Notes: generated by a model from the letters alone, not told the origin. Shown: positions 27,775 through 36,795, counted from the stretch's first letter. The stretch: 64,000 bases of DNA from an uncultured Solirubrobacterales bacterium (GCA_963704375.1 OY969898.1:2207053-2271052), one strand, 5' to 3'. A program made the numbers and translations.

Positions 27775-28384
27775 CTGGCACGCAGATTATCCGTCGCGGA
27801 TTCTCGGGGTCGGCTTGCAGCGCGCCGCGAGCAAACAGGCGCACAGCCTCGGGCAGGAGCGAGTGCTCAAGCGGGCGCAGCGCCGCCAGCACCTCGTCGG
27901 GAGTGCCCGCCCCTGGCAGCTCGAGCGCTCGCTGCAGGATCACGGCGCCGCTGTCCATGCCCGCGTCGACAAAGTGGACCGTCACGCCGAACACCTTCAC
28001 GCCGTAGGCGAGCGCCTGCTCGATTGCGTGCAGGCCAGGAAATGCAGGCAGCAACGACGGGTGCACGTTGATGACCGCACCGGGGAAGCGCTCGAGGAAG
28101 ACGGAGGTGAGCAGCTCCATGTAACCCGCGAGCACCACAAGCCGCACGCCGCGCTCGGCCAACCAGCCGGCCATTGCCACATCGCGCGCCTCGCGGTCGG
28201 CATAGGCCGAACGTTCGAACACGGCGGTCGGCACACCACGCGCGGCAGCCCGCTCCAGGGCAAGCGCGCCCGGTGCGCCGGAGGCGACCGCGACCACATG
28301 TGCCTCACGGCCGTGCACGGTATCCAGGAGCCCCTGCAGGTTGGTGCCGGTGCCTGACACAAGTACAGCGATTGGAAGCGACAT
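27764..28384 (-). CDS. purN: phosphoribosylglycinamide formyltransferase
   Basis: IAVLVSGTGTNLQGLLD...VVLAGYMELLT...INVHPSLLPAFPG...GVTVHFVDAGMDSG. Confidence 0.9.
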   Translation of the reverse strand: MSLPIAVLVSGTGTNLQGLLDTVHGREAHVVAVASGAPGALALERAAARGVPTAVFERSAYADREARDVAMAGWLAERGVRLVVLAGYMELLTSVFLERFPGAVINVHPSLLPAFPGLHAIEQALAYGVKVFGVTVHFVDAGMDSGAVILQRALELPGAGTPDEVLAALRPLEHSLLPEAVRLFARGALQADPENPRRIICVPDER

Positions 28385-28409
28385 CTACGCGGGGAACATG
28401 ATCGAAGGC

Positions 28410-28438
28410 GGGGGACCCGCCACTGGGACGGGTCCCCC
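28410..28438. other. strong stem-loop between the tRNA gene and purN
   Basis: GGGGGACCCG-ccactggga-CGGGTCCCCC, with a 10-bp perfect stem. There is no clear U-tract, so terminator or attenuator status is unclear. Confidence 0.4.
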
Positions 28439-28588
28439 GAAAGATGCTGCCGCAAAGCAACACCAGAAACCTGGGGTCAGCTCAGCGATCAGCGCTTCTG
28501 TCGCATCGAGAATGCTAGCGCTAGACATGGACGGAGACAAGTATTGAACGTTGGTAGGGATCGTTTGAAGAGCGTCGAATCTCATGAG

Positions 28589-28661
28589 CGCCCCCGGCAG
28601 GACTCGAACCTGCGACCCCTTCCTGCGACAGAAGCGCTCTATCCACCTGAGCTACGGGGGC
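28589..28661 (-). tRNA. tRNA with an Arg-type body and a non-canonical anticodon arm; the best 7-nt-loop reading gives anticodon CGC
   Basis: Reverse complement: GCCCCCG TA GCTC AGGTGGATA GAGC G CTTCT GTCGCA(G) G(G)AAG GGGTC GCAGG TTCGAGT CCTGC CGGGGGC G. The acceptor, D and T arms are canonical. The anticodon stem pairs perfectly only if the loop is 6 nt. Confidence 0.7.
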
Positions 28662-28713
28662 TCCACTTCCCATCTCAGAGAAGCCCCAAGAATTTAGACG
28701 CGACTGCGGATGG

Positions 28714-30204
28714 CTACGCAATCTCTAGCGCGTACTTGCCCTGCGCATCGCTGCTGCCCGACAGCGGGTAGTCGCCGGTGAAGCACGCGTCGCAGTGCGT
28801 GGCTTTGGTGGCGCCAACTGCCTCATACACGCCATCGAGCGACAGGTAGGCGAGCGAGTCGCAGCCCAGCTCGGCCGCGATCTCATCGACACTGCGCTCG
28901 TGGGCGATCATCTCCTCGCGCGTGGACATGTCGATGCCGTAGTGACAGGGGTGCTTGATCGGCGGCGCACTGATGCGCATGTGCACCTCGACCGCACCGG
29001 CGTCCCTGAGCATCTGCACGATCTGGCGCGTGGTGTTGCCGCGCACGATCGAGTCGTCGACGACGACCAGGCGCTTGCCGCCGACGATCTCGGGCAACGG
29101 GTTGAACTTGAGGCGCAGCCCGTGCTTGCGCAGCTCCTGGCCGGGCTGGATGAACGTGCGCGCGACGTAGCGATTCTTGACGAACCCATCGTCTTGGGGC
29201 AACCCGCTGGCGCGAGCGAAGCCACGCGCGGCGGCGTTGCCGGAGTCGGGCACAGGGATCACGAGGTCGGCGTCGACCGGCGACTCGCGCGCAAGGATCT
29301 CGCCCATACGCCCGCGTGCGACCTGCAGCACCTGACCGTTCATGCGCGAGTCCGGGCGCGCGAAGTAGATGTACTCGAACACGCAGAACGCCTTGCGCTC
29401 GTCCGGAAGAATGCAACGGTTTTCGAGACCGTTCTCCCCGAGCGTGACGATCTCGCCCGGCTCGACGTCGCGCAGCAGCTTGGCGCCGATGATGTCAAAC
29501 GCACACGACTCGCTCGCGACGCAATAGCGCGGAGGCTCCCCGTCCGCGCCCTCGATCACACCGAGGGCAAGCGGGCGCAGCCCGTGCGGGTCGCGGAACG
29601 CGACGACCCTGTCCTTGGTCATCACGACGATTGAAAAAGCACCGTTCAGGCGCGGCAGCACATCCGCGATCGCGTCCTCGATCTGCTCGGCCGGGTGGGT
29701 GGCCAGCAGCGCCGCGACGATCTCGGAGTCCGAGGTCGAGCTGAAAGTGACGCCGCGCGCTGAGAGCTCCTCGTGCAGCTCCAAAGCGTTAATCAAATTG
29801 CCGTTGTGGGCAAGCGCCAGCTCGCGACGCGAGCCGTTGGTGCCCTCCGAGCGTTGCACCGGCTGGGAGTTCTCCCAAGCGTTAGAGCCCGTCGTCGAAT
29901 AGCGCACGTGTCCGATCGCGAGCTCGCCACGCAGCGTGCGCAGGTCGTTCTCGCTGAACACCTGACTGACAAGACCGAGCTCGCGACGGGTCATGATGTT
30001 GCCGCCGCGATCGGCCGCCGCAATCCCGGCCGACTCTTGACCTCGGTGCTGGAGCGCGTACAGAGCGAAGTAGGACAGGCGTGAGACCTCATGCCCGGGT
30101 GCGTATATGCCAAACACACCGCACTCGTCGCGCGGTCCGTCGCGGTCCTCCGGACGAGGGTCCAAGGGCATCGTTGGCTTTACGCTAGCAGCAGCGGCGC
30201 TCAT
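28714..30204 (-). CDS. purF: amidophosphoribosyltransferase
   Basis: Propeptide followed by CGVFGIYAP. Also QHRGQESAGI and the PRPP-binding VVVDDSIVRGNT. C-terminal Cys residues are consistent with an Fe-S type enzyme. Confidence 0.95.
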   Translation of the reverse strand: MSAAAASVKPTMPLDPRPEDRDGPRDECGVFGIYAPGHEVSRLSYFALYALQHRGQESAGIAAADRGGNIMTRRELGLVSQVFSENDLRTLRGELAIGHVRYSTTGSNAWENSQPVQRSEGTNGSRRELALAHNGNLINALELHEELSARGVTFSSTSDSEIVAALLATHPAEQIEDAIADVLPRLNGAFSIVVMTKDRVVAFRDPHGLRPLALGVIEGADGEPPRYCVASESCAFDIIGAKLLRDVEPGEIVTLGENGLENRCILPDERKAFCVFEYIYFARPDSRMNGQVLQVARGRMGEILARESPVDADLVIPVPDSGNAAARGFARASGLPQDDGFVKNRYVARTFIQPGQELRKHGLRLKFNPLPEIVGGKRLVVVDDSIVRGNTTRQIVQMLRDAGAVEVHMRISAPPIKHPCHYGIDMSTREEMIAHERSVDEIAAELGCDSLAYLSLDGVYEAVGATKATHCDACFTGDYPLSGSSDAQGKYALEIA

Positions 30205-30231
30205 CGCGGTGGACCGCTCTGGGGGGAGGTG

Positions 30232-30260
30232 TTGTTATTAACTTTTTGGACGATTGTCAA
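30232..30260 (-). promoter_or_regulatory. candidate internal sigma-70-type promoter in the AT-rich purL-purF spacer
   Basis: The minus strand reads TTGACA-N17-TAACAA inside a 110-bp AT-rich gap (30205-30315) in an otherwise GC-rich cluster. The -10 element is imperfect. Confidence 0.3.
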
Positions 30261-30315
30261 TGGTGACTACGATATGTAGCTATCATGGTGAATTGTTCAT
30301 TTTGAATACATACAC

Positions 30316-32763
30316 TCACGCAAACAGCTCCGCAAGCGCGCCATGCGCCCGCGCGAGGTCCGCCAGCGAGCACTCGATTCGCTCCCCCCCGGTGCGCGAG
30401 TCCCCATGAGAGGGTGCCGGGCAGTCGATCCGAAGGGCCTGCCCACCCACGCTCCCGACGATCCGCACATGAGTCAGCTCGGCAAGCGCACGTAGCTCCC
30501 GCTCGCCGCCGCTGATAAGGAAGCCGCCCGCACCCTCGCCAAAGAGCGTGCCCGCAATTGTGGGCACGGACGCGGACGCGGCCGAGATGCCGCTCCAGTC
30601 CGCCTCGCGTCCCGTCGCGGGAGCCGGCTCAGCCCCAAACAAATCCGCCGGCAGCGACACGCGCGCCCCAAGCTCGCCACCCAGGCAGCACTCCGCCAGG
30701 GCCACGGCCAGCCCGCCCTCGGCGATGTCGTGCGCACTCAAGAGTGCGCCCGCGCGCACCGCCTCGCGGATCGCCGCCTGGGTCGCGGCAACCCCCTCGA
30801 TGTCGATCGGGGGCAGTCCGTCGGGGAGCCCCCAGCCCCACAGCTTGGCCAGCTCGCTCGCGCCCAGGTGCGGCGCGAACGGACCGGCGATCGCGATTGT
30901 GTCGCCCGCGCGCGCGAACCCGAGTCGCCCGGCGCGACGCGCATCGGGCAGCTTGCCGACCATGCCGATCACAGGCGTCGGGTAGATCGGACCCGCGTTC
31001 GCGCCCTCGTTATACAGCGACACGTTGCCCCCTACGATCGGAGCGCCCAGCACCCGGCAGGCGTCGCCGAGGCCGCGCACCGCCTCGGTCAGCTGCCACG
31101 CGACATGCGGCTTCTCGGGGTTGGCGAAGTTGAGGTTGTTGGTCGTGCCGAGCGGCTCCGCCCCGACGCACGCGAGGTTCGACGCGCACTCGAGCACCGC
31201 CGCGACCGTGCCCGCGTAGGGGTCGGCCGCGACGCGCCGGCCGTTGCCGTCGATCGACACGGCGATGCCCGGCACGGGGGTACCCGGGGCTTGCGATCCG
31301 CCTGTTCGCGTCCCTTCGAGCACCGCCCCTGACGGCGGGTTTGGCCCACTCGTCGAGAACCCCGACACCCCTGCCTCGCCGAGCGGGCGAATCGCCAGCA
31401 CGGCCGCGTCGGACTGCTCGGGGCGGCGCACCGTGCGCGATTGCACAATCGCGTCGTACTGCTCGAAGAGTGGCCTGCGCGACGCGATGTTGGCGCTGGA
31501 CAGCAGAGCGAGCAGTGCCTCGCGCGGCGTAGTTTTTTGGGGGAGGAGCGCCTCCGGCGCCGGGTATGGCGTGCGGGTCGGCTTAACGGGCTGAAGGTCA
31601 TAGAGGGGACAGTCATCGACGAGCGCCCGCACCGGCATGGTCCCGACCAGCTCGCCCGCGTCGAACACTCGCATCTGGCCCGTGTCGGTAACCGTGCCAA
31701 TCGCGGCGCCGCCCACCTCCCACTTCTCGCACAGCTCGAGCACGGCGGGCACGTTGCCGGGCTCCACCACGCACAGCATCCGCTCCTGAGACTCGCTCAC
31801 CATGATCTCAAGGGGCTCCATGTCGGCCTCGCGCAGGGGAACCCTGGCGACGTCGATGTCGATCCCCACCTCGCCCTTCGACGCCATCTCCGACGCGGAG
31901 GAGGTGAGGCCGGCCGCGCCGAGGTCTTGCAGCGACACGAGCAACCCGCGCTGGAGCAGCTCGAGCGAGCACTCCATCAGCTTCTTCTCCTCGAACGGAT
32001 CCCCCACCTGCACGGTCGGTCGCTTGTCGTCGTCCTCGCTCAGCTCCGCCGAGGCCAGCACCGAAGCGCCGCCGATGCCGTCACGGCCAGTCGAGGCGCC
32101 GAACAGCAGCAGCGTGTTACCGATGCCGACGGCGGCGCTGGTGACCAGCTGCTCGCGCTCGGCGATCCCGAGCGCCATCGCGTTTACGAGGCAGTTCTGC
32201 TCGTAGGGCCCCTCGAAATACACCTCGCCACCGACGGTTGGCACGCCGATCGAGTTGCCGTAGTGGCCGATACCGGCGACGGCGCGGTCGAGCAGGTATC
32301 GGGAACGGGCGCCTGCTCCAGCGGTGTCCGATTTGAGATGAGGCTCGCCAAACCGCAGCGAGTCGAGCACCGCGATCGGGCGCGCGCCGATCGCGAAGAT
32401 GTCACGCAATATCCCCCCCACGCCGGTGGCGGCGCCCTGGAACGGCTCGACAGCGCTGGGGTGGTTGTGCGACTCAACCTTGAACGCACACACCAACCCG
32501 TCGCCGACATCCACCGCGCCCGCGTTCTCGCCGGGACCCATGACCACACTCGGGCCCTCCGTCGGCAGTGTGCGAAGCAGCTTCTTGGAGTGCTTATACG
32601 CGCAGTGCTCGCTCCACAGCAGCGAATACATCGCAAGCTCCACCTGGTTTGGCCGGCGCCCCTGCTTCTCGCGGATCAGCTCGTACTCGGCACGTGTCAA
32701 CCCGAGTGCGAGCGCATCCTCGACCGTGGGCAAGGTCGCGGTCTCAGACACGCGCACCCTCAA
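30316..32763 (-). CDS. purL: phosphoribosylformylglycinamidine synthase subunit II
   Basis: ELAMYSLLWSEHCAYKHSK...VESHNHPSAVEPFQGAATGVGGILRD...DLGAAGLTSS. Confidence 0.95.
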   Translation of the reverse strand: MRVRVSETATLPTVEDALALGLTRAEYELIREKQGRRPNQVELAMYSLLWSEHCAYKHSKKLLRTLPTEGPSVVMGPGENAGAVDVGDGLVCAFKVESHNHPSAVEPFQGAATGVGGILRDIFAIGARPIAVLDSLRFGEPHLKSDTAGAGARSRYLLDRAVAGIGHYGNSIGVPTVGGEVYFEGPYEQNCLVNAMALGIAEREQLVTSAAVGIGNTLLLFGASTGRDGIGGASVLASAELSEDDDKRPTVQVGDPFEEKKLMECSLELLQRGLLVSLQDLGAAGLTSSASEMASKGEVGIDIDVARVPLREADMEPLEIMVSESQERMLCVVEPGNVPAVLELCEKWEVGGAAIGTVTDTGQMRVFDAGELVGTMPVRALVDDCPLYDLQPVKPTRTPYPAPEALLPQKTTPREALLALLSSANIASRRPLFEQYDAIVQSRTVRRPEQSDAAVLAIRPLGEAGVSGFSTSGPNPPSGAVLEGTRTGGSQAPGTPVPGIAVSIDGNGRRVAADPYAGTVAAVLECASNLACVGAEPLGTTNNLNFANPEKPHVAWQLTEAVRGLGDACRVLGAPIVGGNVSLYNEGANAGPIYPTPVIGMVGKLPDARRAGRLGFARAGDTIAIAGPFAPHLGASELAKLWGWGLPDGLPPIDIEGVAATQAAIREAVRAGALLSAHDIAEGGLAVALAECCLGGELGARVSLPADLFGAEPAPATGREADWSGISAASASVPTIAGTLFGEGAGGFLISGGERELRALAELTHVRIVGSVGGQALRIDCPAPSHGDSRTGGERIECSLADLARAHGALAELFA

Positions 32764-33445
32764 CCGCCATCCGCATCGAGGCGAAAATGCACAGCCCGTC
32801 GGTCGAGCCCGTCAGCTCATCCACGGCGTGCTCGGGGTGGGGCATCAGGCCGAACACGTTGCCGTGCTCGTTGCGCACGCCCGCGATGTCGCCCAGCGAA
32901 CCGTTGAAGTTCTCGCCCGGCGCATACCGCAACACGACCTGGCCGCCCGCCTCCATGCTCGCGAGCGTCGGCTCATCCGCGTAGTAGCGACCCCACGAGT
33001 GCTTGGCGGGAATGCTCAGGCGGCGTGTGGCAGTCTGCAGGCCGCCGGATGCTGTCGATCCACATGCGCACGTAAACGCCGTGTCACCCTCCACCACATC
33101 GAGCTCGACTTGGCGGAAGGTGAAGCGCAGGTTTGCGTTTGGCAGTAGCGCCCCCGGCAAGAGATGAGCCTCGCATAGAACTTGGAAGCCATTGCAGATC
33201 CCAAGCACCACCCCACCGTCGCGGGCGAAAGCGATGACCGACTCCATCACGGGCGAAAAGCGCGCAATCGCCCCGGCCCTCAGATAGTCGCCGTAGGAAA
33301 ACCCGCCCGGCACCACGATCGCATCGGCGCCCTTCAGGTCGCGCTCGCCGTGCCACAACAGCTCCGCGTCGCCCACGCGCCGGGCGGCGTCCAGCGCGTC
33401 AACCTCGTCGCAGCTGCCGGGGAATTGGAGGATGCCGAACTTCAT
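32744..33445 (-). CDS. purQ: phosphoribosylformylglycinamidine synthase subunit I (glutaminase)
   Basis: MKFGILQFPGSCDEVD...VPGGFSYGDYLRAGA...GICNGFQVL...MPHPE. Confidence 0.95.
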   Translation of the reverse strand: MKFGILQFPGSCDEVDALDAARRVGDAELLWHGERDLKGADAIVVPGGFSYGDYLRAGAIARFSPVMESVIAFARDGGVVLGICNGFQVLCEAHLLPGALLPNANLRFTFRQVELDVVEGDTAFTCACGSTASGGLQTATRRLSIPAKHSWGRYYADEPTLASMEAGGQVVLRYAPGENFNGSLGDIAGVRNEHGNVFGLMPHPEHAVDELTGSTDGLCIFASMRMAVEGARV

Positions 33446-33876
33446 CGCAGCGCTGTGACAGCATCCGTGTCGGCTGGATCGATACGCTCCAACCCGTCGA
33501 TTTCGTCGAAATCTCGATCCGGGCTGAGGATCGAGTCAATCTCACGATTGAGTGCTTGCGCGGCAAAGATCGCATCGCGCATATCCAATCGCTCGTGCTC
33601 GCACCACAGCGTCAGCGCGCGCTCGATGTCGCTCCGTTCGACTGTGTGCAATGGACACACACTGGCAATGTCACGCGCCGACTCGGCGGCGTCTGGCCGA
33701 GCTATCCCACGCCTGCACCGCACGTAGGCGAACTCATGGATCGACTCGATACTCGTCTCTCCAGCCAGACGTCCGCCTCTCATCTCGATCAAGATCGCTC
33801 GACAGGGATCTCGATAGCGGTGCTCGCCGCCGAGCGCATAGATGAACACGCTCGTGTCGAAGAGGAAGCGACGCAC
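33442..33876 (-). CDS. vapC: PIN-domain ribonuclease toxin (VapC)
   Basis: FLFDTSVFIYAL (first acidic residue), ESIHEF, LDMRDAIFAAQA, ILSPDRDF. Its stop overlaps the purQ start (ATGA). Confidence 0.85.
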   Translation of the reverse strand: MRRFLFDTSVFIYALGGEHRYRDPCRAILIEMRGGRLAGETSIESIHEFAYVRCRRGIARPDAAESARDIASVCPLHTVERSDIERALTLWCEHERLDMRDAIFAAQALNREIDSILSPDRDFDEIDGLERIDPADTDAVTALR

Positions 33877-33883
33877 TCGCCGG

Positions 33884-34168
33884 TCAGTCTTCTTTGTGGG
33901 GCTCGTCGTATGACTTCATGACGCCGGCGTACCGGTCTTCGAGCATCTGCTTCTTCATTATCGGCCAGTCATCGACGGGCATCGGCTCTGCCGCCAGTAG
34001 TTTGTCGATCGCCGTCGCACGAGCGTCCTGGACACCGGTCAGCTTCTCATCGATCGCCTCACGGATCAAAGCCCCGATCGAAATGCCGCGCTGGGTGGCG
34101 ATCTCGCGCAGACGGCGGTGCAGGTCGTCGTCAAGCAACAACTGAGTGCGACGTGTCAAAAAGGGCAT
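33884..34168 (-). CDS. vapB: ribbon-helix-helix (CopG/VapB-type) antitoxin
   Basis: MPFLTRRTQLLLDDDLHRRLREIATQRGISIGALIREAIDEKL. It lies 7 nt upstream of vapC. The track start (GTG 34174) is 2 codons upstream of this ATG. Confidence 0.7.
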   Translation of the reverse strand: MPFLTRRTQLLLDDDLHRRLREIATQRGISIGALIREAIDEKLTGVQDARATAIDKLLAAEPMPVDDWPIMKKQMLEDRYAGVMKSYDEPHKED

Positions 34169-34207
34169 ATGCACATGGTATCATGCATATGCACATGCAT
34201 ATGTGCA
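34166..34207. promoter_or_regulatory. AT-rich repeat cluster (CATATGCACATG x2 plus an inverted copy) at the vapB start; candidate VapB operator or internal promoter
   Basis: catatgcacatg occurs at 34166-34177 and 34186-34197, a 20-bp spacing. An inverted repeat TGCACAT-gcat-ATGTGCA ends at 34207. Confidence 0.45.
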
Positions 34208-34211
34208 GTAT

Positions 34212-34433
34212 TCATTCGAGGATAACCTCGTAATCCTCGACAAGCGGATTCGCAAGCAGCTTCTCGCACATCAGCTCGAGCTGACCCGGGTCGTCCACGT
34301 CCAGCTCCACAAGGCGACCAATGTGCACATTCGCGACCCCCTCGAAGCCGAGCGCGGGCAATGCGCGCTGGACGGCCTCACCCTGCGGGTCGAGAATGCC
34401 AGCCTTCGGGCGGATCAAGACGCGAACCCTCAC
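34212..34433 (-). CDS. purS: phosphoribosylformylglycinamidine synthase subunit PurS
   Basis: VRVRVLIRPKAGILDPQGEAVQRALPALGFEGVANVHIGRLVELDV. The GTG start at 34433 overlaps the purC stop (GTGA). Confidence 0.85.
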   Translation of the reverse strand: MRVRVLIRPKAGILDPQGEAVQRALPALGFEGVANVHIGRLVELDVDDPGQLELMCEKLLANPLVEDYEVILE

Positions 34434-35344
34434 GCCGGCTGCTCTGTGGCGCTGTCGCCGCCGGCCCACGAACCCGTGCGCTCCAACCACGCGTCGAACG
34501 GCTCGCCCGCGATCAGCTCATACGCCTCGACATAACGCGCGCGGGTGCCGGCCACCACATCCTCTGGAATCGCCGGCGCCGGCGGCTTCTTATCCCAACC
34601 GCTGCCCGCCGCCCAATCGCGCACGTACTGCTTGTCGAAGCTCGGCTGGCCCTTGCCAGTCGCATACCCCTCGACCGGCCAGTAGCGCGAGGAGTCGGGC
34701 GTCAGCACCTCGTCGCCGACAACCAGCTCGCCATCCTCGTCCAGGCCCAGCTCGAACTTCGTGTCGGCGAGAATCACGCCGCGCTCGCGTGCGTGCGTGG
34801 CCGCGAAGGCATACAGCGCGATCGAAATGTCCCTGACGCGTTCCATCAAGCCGCGGTCGCCGACCAGCTCGGTGGCGCGCTCGAAGTCGATCGCCTCGTC
34901 GTGGCCCACCTCGGCCTTCGTGCTCGGCGTGAAAATCGGCTCGGGCAGCTGCTCAGACTCGCTGAGCCCGGCTGGCAAAGCAATCCCCGAGACCGACCCG
35001 CTCGCCCGATAGTCCTTCCAGCCCGACCCCGTGATGTAGCCGCGCACGACGCACTCGACAGGCAGCATTTTCAGCTTGCGCACCACCAGCGCCCGGCCGA
35101 GTGCCTCGACGGGCACTCCGTCGGTGGCGGAGATCATGTGGTTGGCGACGATCCCCCGCGTCTTCTCAAACCAGAAAGCCGACAGCCCCGTGAGCACCTT
35201 GCCCTTGTCGGGAATCGGCGTGGGGTGGACCGCGTCGTAGGTGGAGATACGGTCGCTCGCGACCATCAGCAGGCGGTCGTTGAGGTCGTACAGCTCGCGC
35301 ACCTTGCCGCTTGCGATTAGGGGCAGATCTGCCAGAGAGGTCAC
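34430..35344 (-). CDS. purC: SAICAR synthase
   Basis: LIASGKVRELYDLNDRLLMVASDRISTYD...KGKVLT...ILADTKFELG. I place the start at the GTG at 35344. The upstream part of the 488-aa track ORF is Arg/Ala-rich noise. Confidence 0.9.
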   Translation of the reverse strand: MTSLADLPLIASGKVRELYDLNDRLLMVASDRISTYDAVHPTPIPDKGKVLTGLSAFWFEKTRGIVANHMISATDGVPVEALGRALVVRKLKMLPVECVVRGYITGSGWKDYRASGSVSGIALPAGLSESEQLPEPIFTPSTKAEVGHDEAIDFERATELVGDRGLMERVRDISIALYAFAATHARERGVILADTKFELGLDEDGELVVGDEVLTPDSSRYWPVEGYATGKGQPSFDKQYVRDWAAGSGWDKKPPAPAIPEDVVAGTRARYVEAYELIAGEPFDAWLERTGSWAGGDSATEQPA

Positions 35345-35478
35345 TTTTCGCGATGCTACCAACGCCTGAGGACCGGATGGCTGCGCGCTGCTGCGTCCTC
35401 GGTCACTCGCGTGCTGAGCACGCCACGTTCCCTGCGTTCTTGCATCGCTTGCCCTCCGGCCCTCAGGACGCCCACGAC

Positions 35479-36795
35479 TTACGCGATCTCGTCTAGACGC
35501 GCGACGATCTCGTGTGCGTAGCGCGTGTAGTGGCCGTAGTCGAAGATCGCATCGAGGTCGAGCCCCGCGGCGCGCTTGTCGGCCGCGAGCAGGTCCCGGA
35601 GTGGGATGCCCTCGTCCCACGCTCGCTGAGCCAGCTCCTGGGCGATGCGATACGCGTCGTCGCGCACCATCGGCGCACGACCCTGCGCGGGGTCGCCTTC
35701 CACGAGCGCCAGCAACACCCGCTGGGAGAAGAGCGCACCGTGGGTCAGCTCGAGGTTGGCAAGCATCCGCTGCTCGTTTACGACGAGGCCCTGCACAAGC
35801 CGGGTGGCGCTGTGCTGCAAGTGGTCGATCAGGATCGTCGAGTCGGGCAACGTCACGCGCTCGACCGAGGAGTGGGAGATGTCGCGCTCGTGCCACAGCG
35901 CCACGTTCTCGAGCGCCGCCTGCGCATTGGCGCGCAGCACGCGCGCGAGCCCGGAGATCTGCTCGCTCTTGATCGGGTTGCGCTTATGCGGCATCGCGGA
36001 GCTGCCCTTTTGCCCCGCACGGAACGGCTCCTGCGCCTCGCGCACCTCCGTGCGCTGCAGATGGCGAATCTCGGTGGCCAAGCGCTCCAAGCCGGCGCCC
36101 GCAAGCGCGATCGCCTGAAGCAGCTCGGCATGGCGGTCGCGCGCCACGACCTGCGTGGAGACGTCCTCGCGCGCGAGTCCGAGGCGGTCGAGCACACGCC
36201 GCTCGAACTCCGGGCTCGTTGCCGCATACGTGCCGACCGCGCCCGAGATCGCACCGACGGCTGCCTGCTCGAAGGCGCGCTCGAGACGCAGTGCGTTGCG
36301 GTGCGCCTCGAAGGCAAAGCCCGCGAGCTTCACGCCGAACGTCGTCGGCTCGGCGTGTACCCCGTGCGTGCGCCCGACGCACAGCGTGCCCGCGTGCTCG
36401 CGCGCACGGTCAGCGAGCGCCCGCACTAGTGCCCGGGCACCTGGTACGACAAGCTCCCCAGCGGCGCGCAGCTGCAGCGCTAGCGCTGTGTCGAGCACGT
36501 CAGAGGAGGTCAAGCCGAAGTGGATCCAGCGCCCCGCCTCGCCGGCGCCGCGGGAGAGCACGTCCACGAAGGCCGCCACGTCGTGGTCGGTGGTGCGCTC
36601 GCGCTCGTTGACAGCCTCCACGGTGAACGTCGCGGCGCGGATCGCATCCAGCTCCGCGGGAGTCGGGCCCTCGCCCTCGCCGAGCAGCGTCGGCAGCTCC
36701 TCGCACGCCGCGACCTCCACGCGCCGCCATGTCTCCATGCGCGCCTCGTCGGTCCACAGGGCGCCCAGCTCGGGGCGGGTGTAGCGAGAGATCAT
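35479..36795 (-). CDS. purB: adenylosuccinate lyase
   Basis: MISRYTRPELGALWTDEARM...GLTSSDVLDTA...GSSAMPHKRNPIKSEQI. Confidence 0.95.
   Translation of the reverse strand: MISRYTRPELGALWTDEARMETWRRVEVAACEELPTLLGEGEGPTPAELDAIRAATFTVEAVNERERTTDHDVAAFVDVLSRGAGEAGRWIHFGLTSSDVLDTALALQLRAAGELVVPGARALVRALADRAREHAGTLCVGRTHGVHAEPTTFGVKLAGFAFEAHRNALRLERAFEQAAVGAISGAVGTYAATSPEFERRVLDRLGLAREDVSTQVVARDRHAELLQAIALAGAGLERLATEIRHLQRTEVREAQEPFRAGQKGSSAMPHKRNPIKSEQISGLARVLRANAQAALENVALWHERDISHSSVERVTLPDSTILIDHLQHSATRLVQGLVVNEQRMLANLELTHGALFSQRVLLALVEGDPAQGRAPMVRDDAYRIAQELAQRAWDEGIPLRDLLAADKRAAGLDLDAIFDYGHYTRYAHEIVARLDEIA

Noticed and set aside
28385-28588. Possible ZTP (pfl) or purine riboswitch upstream of purN/purH and in other pur-cluster spacers.
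   Set aside because: I could not find the conserved GGGUCGUGA...CCGCCUGGGC elements or a purine-riboswitch three-way junction. Only a plain GC-rich hairpin (28410-28438) is present.
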